Assembly: GCA_964016885.1 (NCBI GenBank)
Contig: OZ024742.1
Coordinates: forward strand, 356,810,001 to 356,874,000
DNA length: 64,000 nt
Source of the DNA: Eledone cirrhosa
Lineage: Eukaryota
Direction of reading: 5' to 3'
The notes below the pieces were generated by a model that did not search any database, had not been told where the DNA came from, and saw nothing but the letters and a program-made list of their open reading frames with translations. Positions within the stretch are counted from its first letter, which is position 1; the number at the start of each line of letters is the position of its first letter. The position numbers were made by a program, and so were the translations under genes. Below, piece by piece: positions 47,401-59,400 of the stretch.

Positions 47401-50400
47401 TGGAGGTAGTCTTGTAGTTGGTGATGGTGGTGGAGGTAATAGTTGTGGTGTTGATGGTGGTGGTAGTCTTGGTGTTGGTGATGGTAGTGGAGGTAATAGT
47501 TGTGGTGTTGATGGTGATGGTAGTCTTGGTGTTGGTGTTGGTGGTGGAGGTAATAGTTGTGGTGTTGATGGTGGTGGTAGTCTTGGTGTTGGTGATGGTA
47601 GTGGAGGTAATAGTTGTGGTGTTGATGGTGATGGTAGTCTTGGTGTTGGTGTTGGTGGTGGAGGTAATAGTTGTGGTGTTGATGGTGATGGTAGTCTTGG
47701 TGTTGGTGTTGGTGGTGGAGGTAATAGTTGTGGTGTTGATGGTGGTGGTAGTCTTGGTGTTGGTGGTGGAGGTAATAGTTGTGGTGTTGATGGTGATGGT
47801 AGTCTTGGTGTTGGTGTTGGTGGTGGAGGTAATAGTTGTGGTGTTGATGGTGGTGGTAGTCTTGGTGTTGGTGTTGGTGGTGGTGGTAATAGTTGTGGTG
47901 TTGGTGGTGGTGGTAGTCTTGGTATTGGTGTTGGTGGTAGTGGTAATAGTTGTGGTGTTGGTGGTGGTGGTAGTCTTGGTGTTGGTGATGGTGGTGGAGG
48001 TAATAATTGTGGTGTTGGTGATGGTGGTGGTGGTAATAGTTGTGGTGTTGATGGTGGTGGTATTCTTGGTGTTGGTGGTGGTGGTGGAGGTAATAATTGT
48101 GGTGTTGGTGGTGGTGGTAGTCTTGGTGGTGGTGATGTTGGTGGTGGAGGTAATAGTTGTGGTGTTGGTGGTGGTGGTAGTCTTGGTGGTGGTGATGTTG
48201 GTGGTGGAGGTAATAGTTGTGGTGTTGGTGGTGGTGGTAGTCTTGGTGGTGGTGATGTTGGTGGTGGAGGTAATAGTTGTGGTGTTGGTGGTGGTGGTAG
48301 TCTTGGTGGTGGTGATGTTGGTGGAGGAGGTAATAATTGTGGTGTTGGTGGTGGTGGTAGTCTTGGTGGTGGTGATGTTGGTGGTGGAGGTAATAGTTGT
48401 GGTGTTGGTGGTGGTGGTAGTCTTGTTGTTGGTGGTGTTGGTGGTGGAGGTAATAGTTGTGGTGTTGATGGTGGTGGTAGTCTTGGTGTTGGTGATGTTG
48501 GTGGTGGAGGTAATAGTTGTGGTGTTGGTGGTGGAGGTAATAGTTGTGGTTTTGGTGGTGGTGGTTGTCTTGGTGGTGGTGATGTTGGTGGTGGAGGTAA
48601 TAGTTGTGGTGTTGGTGGTGGTGGTAGTCTTGGTGTTGGTGATGTTGGTGGTGGAGGTAATAGTTGTGGTGTTGGTGGTGGAGGTAATAGTTGTGGTTTT
48701 GGTGGTGGTGGTAGTCTTGGTGTTGGTGATGGTGGTGGAGGTAATAGTTTTGGTGGTGATGGTGGTGGTAGTCATGGTGTTGGTGATGGTGGTGGAGGTA
48801 ATAGTTGTGGTTTTGGTGGTGGTGGTAGTCTTGGTGTTGGTGATGGTGGTGGAAGTAATAGTTGTGGTGTTAGTGGTGGTGGTAGTCTTGGTGTTGGTGA
48901 TGGTGGTGGAGGTAATAGTTGTGGTTTTGATGTTGGTGGTAGTCTTGGTGTTGGTGATGGTGGTGGAGGTAATAGTTGTGGTGTTGGTGGTGGTGGTAGT
49001 CTTGGTGATGGTGATTGTGGTGGTGGTAATAGTTGTGGTGTTGATGTTGGTGGTAGTCTTGGTGTTGGTGTTGGAGGTGGAGGTAATAGTTGTGGTGTTG
49101 GTGGTGGTGGTAATAGTTGTGGCGTTGATGGTGGTGGTAGTCTTGGTGTTGGTGTGGTTGGTGGTGGAGGTAATAGTTGTGGTTTCGGTGGTGGTGGTAG
49201 TCTTGGTGTTGGTGATGGTGGTGGAGGTAATAGTTGTGGTGTTAGTGGTGGTGGTAGTCTTGGTGTTGGTGATGGTGGTGGAGGTAATAGTTGTGGTTTT
49301 GGTGGTGGTGGTAGTCTTGGTGTTGGTGATGGTGGGGGAGGTAATAGTTGTGGTTTTGGTGGTGGTGGTAGTCTTGGTGTTGGTGATGGTGGTGGTGGTA
49401 ATAGTTGTGGTGTTAGTGGTGGTGGTAGTCTTGGTGTTGGTGATGGTGGTGGTGGTAATAGTTGTGGTTTTGGTGGTGGTGGTAGTCTTGGTGTTGGTGA
49501 TGGTGGTGGAGGTAATAGTTGTGGTTTTGGTGGTGGTGGTAGTCTTGGTGTTGGTGATGGTGGTGGAGGTAATAGTTGTGGCTTTGGTGGTGGTGGTAGT
49601 CTTGGTGTTGGTGATGGTGGTGGTGGTAATAGTTGTGGTGTTGGTGGTGGAGGTAATAGTTGTGGTGCTGGTGGTGGTGGTAGTCTTAGTGTGTTGGTGA
49701 TGGTGGTGGTGGTAATAGTTGCGGTGTTGGTGGTGGTGGTAGTCTTGGTGTTGGTGATGGTGGTGGAGGTAATAGTTGCGGTGTTGGTGGTGGTGGTAGT
49801 CTTGGTGTTGGTGATGGTGGTGGAGGTAATAGTTTTGGTGGTGATGGTGGTGGTAGTCTTGGTGTTGGTGATGGTGGTGGAGGTTATAGTTGTGGTGTTG
49901 GTGGTGGTGGTAGTCTTGGTGTTGGTGATGGTGGTGGTGGTAATAGTTGCGGTGTTGGTGGTGGTGGTAGTCTTGGTGTTGGTGATGGTGGTGGAGGTAA
50001 TAGTTGCGGTGTTGGTGGTGGTGGTAGTCTTGGTGTTGGTGATGGTGGTGGAGGTAATAGTTGCGGTGTTGGTGGTGGTGGTAGTCTTGGTGTTGGTGAT
50101 GGTGGTGGAGGTAATAGTTGCGGTGTTGGTGGTGGTGGTAGTCTTGGTGTTGGTGATGGTGGTGGAGGTAATAGTTTTGGTGGTGATGGTGGTGGTAGTC
50201 TTGGTGTTGGTGATGGTGGTGGAGGTTATAGTTGTGGTGTTGGTGGTGGTGGTAGTCTTGGTGTTGGTGATGGTGGTGGAGGTAATAGTTGTGGTGTTGG
50301 TGGTGGTGGTAGTCTTGGTGTTGGTGACGGTGGTGGTGGTGATAGTTGTGGTGTTGATGGTGGTAGTCTTGGTGTTGGTGATGGTGGTGGAGGTAATAGT

Positions 50401-53400
50401 TGTGGTGTTGATGGTGGTGGTAGTCTTGGTGTTGGTGTTGGTGGTGGTGGTAATAGTTGTGGTGTTGATGGTGGTGGTAGTCCTGGTGTTGGTGATGGTG
50501 GTGGAGGTAATAGTTGTGGTGTTGATGGTGGTGGTAGTCTTGGTGTTGGTGATGGTGGTGGTGGTAATAGTTGTGGTGTTGATGGTGGTGGTAGTCTTGG
50601 TATTGGTGATGGTGGTGGTGGTAATAGTTGTGGTGTTGATGGTGGTGGTAGTCCTGGTGTTGGTGATGGTGGTGGTGGTAATAGTTGTGGTGTTGGTGGT
50701 GGTGGTAGTCTTGGTGTTGGTGATGATGGTGGTGGTAATACTTGTGGTGTTGATGGTGGTGGTAGTCTTGGTGTTGGTGTTGGTGGTGGTGGTAATAGTT
50801 GTGGTGTTGGTGGTGGTGGTAGTCTTGGTATTGGTGATGGTGGTGGAGGTAATAATTGTGGTGTTGCTGATGGTGGTGGTGGTAATAGTTGTGGTGTTGA
50901 TGGTGGTGGTATTCTTGGTGTTGGTGGTGGTGGTGGAGGTAATAATTGTGGTGTTGGTGGTGGTGGTAGTCTTGGTGTTGGTGATGTTGGTGGTGGAGGT
51001 AATAGTTGTGGTGTTGGTGGTGGTGGTAGTCTTGTTGTTGGTGGTGTTGGTGGTGGAGGTAATAGTTTTGGTGTTGATGGTGGTGGTAGTCTTAGTGTGT
51101 TGGTGATGGTGGTGGTGGTAATAGTTGTGGTGTTGATGTTGGTGGTAGTCTTGGTGTTGGTGTTGGTGGTGGAGGTAATAGTTGTGGTGTTGGTGGTGGT
51201 AGTCTTGGTGTTGGTGTGGTTGGTGGTGGAGGTAATAGTTGTGGTTTTGGTGGTGGTGGTAGTCTTGGTGTTGGTGATGGTGGTGGAGGTAATAGTTGTG
51301 GTGTTGGTGGTGGTGGTAGTCTTGGTGTTGGTGATGGTGGTGGAGGTAATAGTTGTGGTGTTGTTGGTGGTGGTAGTCTTGGTGTCGGTGATGGTGGTGG
51401 TGGTAATAGTTGTGGTGTTGATGGTGGTGGTAGTCTTGGTGTTGGTGATGGTGGTGGTGGTAATAGTTGTGGTGTTGGTGGTGGTAGTCTTGGTGTTGGT
51501 GATGGTGGTGGTGGAGGTAATAGTTGTGGTGTTGGTGGTGGTAGTCTTGGTGTTGGTGATGGTGGTGGTGGAGGTAATAGTTGTGGTGTTGGTGGTGGTA
51601 GTCTTGGTGTTGGTGATGGTGGTGGTGGAGGTAATAGTTGTGGTGTTGGTGGTGGTAGTCTTGGTGTTGGTGATGGTGGTGGTGGTGGTAATAGTTGTGG
51701 TGTTGGTGGTGGTGGTAGTCTTGGTGTTGGTGATGGTGGTGGAGGTAATAGTTGTGGTGTTGATGGTGGTGGTAGTCTTGGTGTTGGTGATGGTGGTGGA
51801 GGTAATAGTTGTGGTGTTGGTGGTGGTGGTAGTTTGGTGTTGGTGTTGGTGGTGGTGGTAATAGTTGTGGTGTTGGTGGTGGTGGTAGTCTTGGTGTTGG
51901 TGATAGTGGTGGAGGTAATAGTTGTGGTGTTGGTGGTGGTGGTAGTCTTGGTGTTGGTGATGGTGGTGGTGGTAATAGTTGTGGTGTTGATGGTGGTGGT
52001 AGTCTTGGTGTTGGTGATGGTGGTGGAGGTAATAGTTGTGGTGTTGATGGTGGTGGTAGTCTTGGTGTTGGTGGTAGTGGTGGAGGTAATAGCTGTGGTG
52101 TTGGTGGTGGTGGTAGTCTTGGTGTTGGTGATGGTGGTGGAGGTAATAGTGTGGTGTTGGTGGTGGTGGTAGTCTTGGTGTTGGTGATGGTGGTGGTGGA
52201 GGTAATAGTTGTGGTGTTGGTGGTGGTGGTAGTCTTGGTATTGGTGATGGTGGTGGAGGTAATAGTTGTGGTGTTGATGGTGGTAGTAGTCTTGGTGTTG
52301 GTGATGGTGGTGGAAGTAATAGTTGTGGTGTTGGTGGTGGTAGTCTTGGTGTTGGTGATGGTGGTGGTGGTGGTAATAGTTGTGGTGTTGGTGGTGGTGG
52401 TAGTCTTGGTGTTGGTGATGGTGGTGGAGGTAATAGTTGTGGTGTTGATGGTGGTAGTAGTCTTGGTGTTGGTGATGGTGGTGGAAGTAATAGTTGTGGT
52501 GTTGGTGGTGGTGGTAGTCTTGGTGTTGGTGATGGTGGTGGTGGAGGTAATAGTTGTGGTGTTGGTGGTGGTGGTAGTCTTGGTGTTGGTGATGGTGGTG
52601 ATGGTAATAGTTGTGGTGTTGATGGTGGAGGTAGTCTTGTAGTTGGTGATGGTGGTGGAGGTAATAGTTGTGGTGTTGATGGTGATGGTAGTCTTGGTGT
52701 TGGTGTTGGTGGTGGAGGTAATAGTTGTGGTGTTGATGGTGATGGTAGTCTTGGTGTTGGTGTTGGTGGTGGAGGTAATAGTTGTGGTGTTGATGGTGGT
52801 GGTAGTCTTGGTGTTGGTGATGGTGGTGGAGGTAATAGTTGTGGTGTTGATGGTGGTGGTAGTCTTGGTGTTGGTGTTGGTGGTGGAGGTAATAGTTGTG
52901 GTGTTGATGGTGGTGGTAGTCTTGGTGTTGGTGTTGGTGGTGGTGGTAATAGTTGTGGTGTTGGTGGTGGTGGTAGTCTTGGTATTGGTGATGGTGGTGG
53001 AGGTAATAATTGTGGTGTTGGTGATGGTGGTGGTGGTAATAGTTGTGGTGTTGATGGTGGTGGTATTCTTGGTGTTGGTGGTGGTGGTGGAGGTAATAAT
53101 TGTGGTGTTGGTGATGGTGGTGGAGGTAATAGTTGTGGTGTTGATGGTGGTGGTATTCTTGGTGTTGGTGGTGGTGGTGGAGGTAATAATTGTGGTGTTG
53201 GTGATGGTGGTGGAGGTAATAGTTGTGGTGTTGATGGTGGTGGTATTCTTGGTGTTGGTGGTGGTGGTGGAGGTAATAATTGTGGTGTTGGTGATGGTGG
53301 TGGAGGTAATAGTTGTGGTGTTGATGGTGGTGGTATTCTTGGTGTTGGTGGTGGTGGTGGAGGTAATAATTGTGGTGTTGGTGGTGGTGGTAGTCTTGGT

Positions 53401-56400
53401 GTTGGTGATGTTGGTGGTGGAGGTAATAGTTGTGGTGTTGGTGGTGGTGGTAGTCTTGTTGTTGGTGGTGTTGGTGGTGGAGGTAATAGTTTTGGTGTTG
53501 ATGGTGGTGGTAGTCTTAGTGTGTTGGTGATGGTGGTGGTGGTAATAGTTGTGGTGTTGATGTTGGTGGTAGTCTTGGTGTTGGTGATGGTGGTGGAGGT
53601 AATAGTTGTGGTGTTGGTGGTGGTGGTAGTCTTGGTGATGGTGATGGTGGTGGTGGTAATAGTTGTGGTGTTGGTGGTGGTGGTAGTCTTGGTGTTGGTG
53701 ATGTTGGTGGTGGAGGTAATAGTTGTGGTGTTGGTGGTGGAGGTAGTCTTGGTGTTGGTGTTGGTGGTGGAGGTAATAGTTGTGGTGCTAGTGGTGGTGG
53801 TAGTCTTGGTGTTGGTGATGGTGGTGGAGGTAATAGTTGTGGTTTTGATGTTGGTGGTAGTCTTGGTGTTGGTGATGGTGGTGGAGGTAATAGTTGTGGT
53901 GTTGGTGGTGGTGGTAGTCTTGGTGATGGTGATGGTGGTGGTGGTAATAGTTGTGCTGTTGATGTTGGTGGTAGTCTTGGTGTTGGTGTTGGTGGTGGAG
54001 GTAATAGTTGTGGTGTTGGTGGTGGTGGTAATAGTTGTGGTGTTGATGGTGGCGGTAGTCTTGGTGTTGGTGTGGTTGGTGGTGGAGGTAATAGTTGTGG
54101 TTTCGGTGGTGGTGGTAGTCTTGGTGTTGGTGATGGTGGTGGAGGTAACAGTTGTCGTGTTAGTGGTGGTGGTAGTCTTGGTGTTGGTGATGGTGGTGGA
54201 GGTAATAGTGTGGTGTTGGTGGTGGTGGTAGTCTTGGTGTTGGTGATGATGGTGGTGGTAATAGTTGTGGTTTTGGTGGTGGTGGTAGTCTTGGTGTTGG
54301 TGATGGTGGGGGAGGTAATAGTTGTGGTTTTGGTGGTGGTGGTAGTCTTGGTGTTGGTGATGGTGGGGGAGGTAATAGTTGTGGTTTTGGTGGTGGTGGT
54401 AGTCTTGGTGTTGGTGATGGTGGGGGAGGTAATAGTTGTGGTTTTGGTGGTGGTGGTAGTCTTGGTGTTGGTGATGGTGGTGGTGGTAATAGTTGTGGTT
54501 TTGGTGGTGGTGGTAGTCTTGGTGTTGGTGATGGTGGGGGAGGTAATAGTTGTGGTTTTGGTGGTGGTGGTAGTCTTGGTGTTGGTGATGGTGGTGGTGG
54601 TAATAGTTGTGGTGTTGGTGGTGGTGGTAGTCTTGGTGTTGGTGATGGTGGGGGAGGTAATAGTTGTGGTTTTGGTGGTGGTGGTAGTCTTGGTGTTGGT
54701 GATGGTGGTGGTGGTAATAGTTGTGGTGTTGGTGGTGGTGGTAGTCTTGGTGTTGGTGATGGTGGGGGAGGTAATAGTTGTGGTTTTGGTGGTGGTGGTA
54801 GTCTTGGTGTTGGTGATGGTGGTGGTGGTAATAGTTGTGGTGTTGGTGGTGGTGGTAGTCTTGGTGTTGGTGATGGTGGTGGTGGTAATAGTTGTGGTTT
54901 TGGTGGTGGTGGTAGTCTTGGTGTTGGTGATGGTGGTGGAGGTAATAGTTGTGGTTTTGGTGGTGGTGGTAGTCTTGGTGTTGGTGATGGTGGTGGAGGT
55001 AATAGTTGTGGTTTTGGTGGTGGTGGTAGTCTTGGTGTTGGTGATGGTGGTGGTGGTAATAGTTGTGGTGTTGGTGGTGGAGGTAATAGTTGTGGTGTTG
55101 GTGGTGGTGGTAGTCTTAGTGTGTTGGTGATGGTGGTGGTGGTAATAGTTGCGGTGTTGGTGGTGGTGGTAGTCTTGGTGTTGGTGATGGTGGTGGAGGT
55201 AATAGTTGCGGTGTTGGTGGTGGTGGTAGTCTTGGTGTTGGTGATGGTGGTGGAGGTAATAGTTTTGGTGGTGATGGTGGTGGTAGTCTTGGTGTTGGTG
55301 ATGGTGGTGGAGGTTATAGTTGTGGTGTTGGTGGTGGTGGTAGTCTTGGTGTTGGTGATGGTGGTGGAGGTAATAGTTGTGGTGTTGGTGGTGGTGGTAG
55401 TCTTGGTGTTGGTGATGGTGGTGGAGGTAATAGTTGTGGTGTTGGTGGTGGTGGTAGTCTTGGTGTTGGTGATGGTGGTGGAGGTAATAGTTGTGGTGTT
55501 GGTGGTGGTGGTAGTCTTGGTGTTGGTGATGGTGGTGGAGGTAATAGTTGCGGTGTTGGTGGTGGTGGTAGTCTTGGTGTTGGTGATGGTGGTGGAGGTA
55601 ATAGTTGTGGTGTTGGTGGTGGTGGTAGTCTTGGTGTTGGTGACGGTGGTGGTGGTGATAGTTGTGGTGTTGATGGTGGTAGTCTTGGTGTTGGTGATGG
55701 TGGTGGAGGTACTAGTTGTGGTGTTGATGGTGGTGGTAGTCTTGGTGTTGGTGTTGGTGGTGGTGGTAATAGTTGTGGTGTTGATGGTGGTGGTAGTCTT
55801 AGTGTGTTGGTGATGGTGGTGGAGGTAATAGTTGTGGTGTTGATGGTGGTGGTAGTCTTCGTGTTGGTGATGGTGGTGGTGGTAATAGTTGTGGTGTTGA
55901 TGGTGGTGGTAGTCTTGGTGTTGGTGATGATGGTGGTGGTAATACTTGTGGTGTTGATGGTGGTGGTAGTCTTGGTGTTGGTGTTGGTGGTGGTGGTAAT
56001 AGTTGTGGTGTTGATGGTGGTGGTATTCTTGGTGTTGGTGGTGGTGGTGGAGGTAATAATTGTGGTGTTGGTGGTGGTGGTAGTCTTGGTGTTGGTGATG
56101 TTGGTGGTGGAGGTAATAGTTGTGGTGTTGGTGGTGGTGGTAGTCTTGTTGTTGGTGATGGTGATGGTGGTTATAGTTGTGGTGTTGGTGGTGGTGGTAG
56201 TCTTGGTGTTGGTGATGGTGGTGGAGGTTATAGTTGTGGTGTTGGTGGTGGTGGTAGTCTTGGTGTTGGTGATGGTGGTGGAGGTAATAGTTGTGGTGTT
56301 GATGGTGGTGGTAGTCTTGGTGTTGGTGTTGGTGGTGGAGGTAATAGTTTTGGTGTTGATGGTGGTGGTAGTCTTAGTGTGTTGGTGATGGTGGTGGTGG

Positions 56401-59400
56401 TAATAGTTGTGGTGTTGATGTTGGTGGTAGTCTTGGTGTTGGTGATGGTGGTGGAGGTAATAGTTGTGGTGTTGGTGGTGGTGGTAGTCTTGGTGTTGGT
56501 GATGGTGGTGGTGGTAATAGTTGTGGTGTTGATGTTGGTGGTAGTCTTGGTGTTGGTGATGGTGGTGGAGGTAATAGTTGTGGTGTTGGTGGTGGTGGTA
56601 GTCTTGTTGTTGGTGGTGTTGGTGGTGGAGGTAATAGTTTTGGTGTTGATGGTGGTGGTAGTCTTAGTGTTGGTGATGGTGGTGGTGGTAATAGTTGTGG
56701 TGTTGATGTTGGTGGTAGTCTTGGTGTTGGTGATGGTGGTGGAGGTAATAGTTGTGGTGTTGGTGGTGGTGGTAGTCTTGGTGATGGTGATGGTGGTGGT
56801 GGTAATAGTTGTGGTGTTGGTGGTGGTGGTAGTCTTGGTGTTGGTGATGGTGGTGGTGGAGGTAATAGTTGTGGTATTGGTGGTGGAGGTAATAGTTGTG
56901 GTTTTGGTGGTGGTGGTAGTCTTGGTGTTGGTGATGGTGGTGGAGGTAATAGTTGTGGTGTTAGTGGTGGTGGTAGTCTTGGTGTTGGTGATGGTGGTGG
57001 AGGTAATAGTTGTGGTTTTGATGTTGGTGGTAGTCTTGGTGTTGGTGATGGTGGTGGAGGTAATAGTTGTGGTGTTGGTGGTGGTGGTAGTCTTGGTGAT
57101 GGTGATGGTGGTGGTGGTAATAGTTGTGGTGTTGATGTTGGTGGTAGTCTTGGTGTTGGTGTTGGTGGTGGATGTAATAGTTGTGGTGTTGGTGGTGGTG
57201 GTAGTCTTGGTGTTGGTGATGGTGGTGGAGGTAATAGTTGTGGTGTTGATGGTGGTGGTAGTCTTGGTGATGGTGATGGTGGTGGTGGTAATAGTTGTGG
57301 TGTTGATGGTGGTGGTAGTCTTGGTGTTGGTGTGGTTGGTGGTGGAGGTAATAGTTGTGGTTTTGGTGGTGGTGGTAGTCTTGGTGTTGGTGATAGTGGT
57401 GGTGGTAATAGTTGTGGTGTTGGTGGTGGTGGTAGTCTTGGTGTTGGTGATGGTGGTGGTGGTAATAGTTGTGGTTTTGGTGGTGGTGGTAGTCTTGGTG
57501 TTGGTGATGGTGGTGGAGGTAATAGTTGTGGTTTTGGTGGTGGTGGTAGTCTTGGTGTTGGTGATGGTGGTGGTGGTAATAGTTGTGGTGTTGGTGGTGG
57601 AGGTAATGGTTGTGGTGTTGGTGGTGGTGGTAGTCTTAGTGTGTTGGTGATGGTGGTGGTGGTAATAGTTGCGGTGTTGGTGGTGGTGGTAGTCTTGGTG
57701 TTGGTGATGGTGGTGGAGGTAATAGTTGCGGTGTTGGTGGTGGTGGTAGTCTTGGTGTTGGTGATGGTGGTGGAGGTAATAGTTTTGGTGGTGATGGTGG
57801 TGGTAGTCATGGTGTTGGTGATGGTGGTGGAGGTTATAGTTGTGGTGTTGGTGGTGGTGGTAGTCTTGGTGTTGGTGATGGTGGTGGAGGTAATAGTTGT
57901 GGTGTTGGTGGTGGTGGTAGTCTTGGTGTTGGTGATGGTGGTGGAGGTAATAGTTGCGGTGTTGGTGATGGTGGTGGTGGTAATAATTGTGGTGTTGATG
58001 GTGGTGGTAGTCTTGGTGCTGGTGATGTTGGTGGTGGTAATAATTGTGGTGTTGGTGGTGGTGGTAGTCTTGGTGTTGGTGATGGTGGTGGAGGTAATAG
58101 TTGTGGTGTTGGTGGTGGTGGTAGTCTTGGTGTTGGTGACGGTGGTGGTGGTGATAGTTGTGGTGTTGATGGTGGTAGTCTTGGTGTTTGTGATGGTGGT
58201 GGAGGTACTAGTTGTGGTGTTGATGGTGGTGGTAGTCTTGGTGTTGGTGTTGGTGGTGGTGGTAATAGTTGTGGTGTTGATGGTGGTGGTAGTCTTGGTG
58301 TTGGTGATGGTGGTGGAGGTAATAGTTGTGGTGTTGATGGTGGTGGTAGTCTTCGTGTTGGTGATGGTGGTGGTGGTAATAGTTGTGGTGTTGATGGTGG
58401 TGGTAGTCTTGGTATTGGTGATGGTGGTGGTGGTAATAGTTGTGGTGTTGATGGTGGTGGTAGTCTTGGTGTTGGTGATGATGGTGGTGGTAATACTTGT
58501 GGTGTTGATGGTGGTGGTAGTCTTGGTGTTGGTGTTGGTGGTGGTGGTAATAGTTGTGGTGTTGATGGTGGTGTTATTCTTGGTGTTGGTGGTGGTGGTG
58601 GAGGTAATAATTGTGGTGTTGGTGGTGGTGGTAGTCTTGGTGTTGGTGATGTTGGTGGTGGAGGTAATAGTTGTGGTGTTGGTGGTGGTGGTAGTCTTGT
58701 TGTTGGTGATGGTGATGGTGGTTATAGTTGTGGTGTTGGTGGTGGTGGTAGTCTTGGTGTTGGTGATGGTGGTGGAGGTTATAGTTGTGGTGTTGGTGGT
58801 GGTGGTAGTCTTGGTGTTGGTGATGGTGGTGGAGTTAATAGTTGTGGTGTTGATGGTGGTGGTAGTCTTGGTGTTGGTGTTGGTGGTGGAGGTAATAGTT
58901 TTGGTGTTGATGGTGGTGGTAGTCTTGGTGTTGGTGATGGTGGTGGAGGTAATAGTTTTGGTGTTGATGGTGGTGGTAGTCTTAGTGTGTTGGTGATGGT
59001 GGTGGTGGTAATAGTTGTGGTGTTGATGTTGGTGGTAGTCTTGGTGTTGGTGATGGTGGTGGAGGTAATAGTTGTGGTGTTGGTGGTGGTGGTAGTCTTG
59101 GTGTTGGTGATGGTGGTGGTGGTAATAGTTGTGGTGTTGATGTTGGTGGTAGTCTTGGTGTTGGTGATGGTGGTGGAGGTAATAGTTGTGGTGTTGGTGG
59201 TGGTGGTAGTCTTGGTGTTGGTGATGGTGGTGGAGGTAATAGTTTTGGTGTTGATGGTGGTGGTAGTCTTAGTGTTGGTGATGGTGGTGGTGGTAATAGT
59301 TGTGGTGTTGATGTTGGTGGTAGTCTTGGTGTTGGTGATGGTGGTGGAGGTAATAGTTGTGGTGTTGGTGGTGGTGGTAGTCTTGGTGATGGTGATGGTG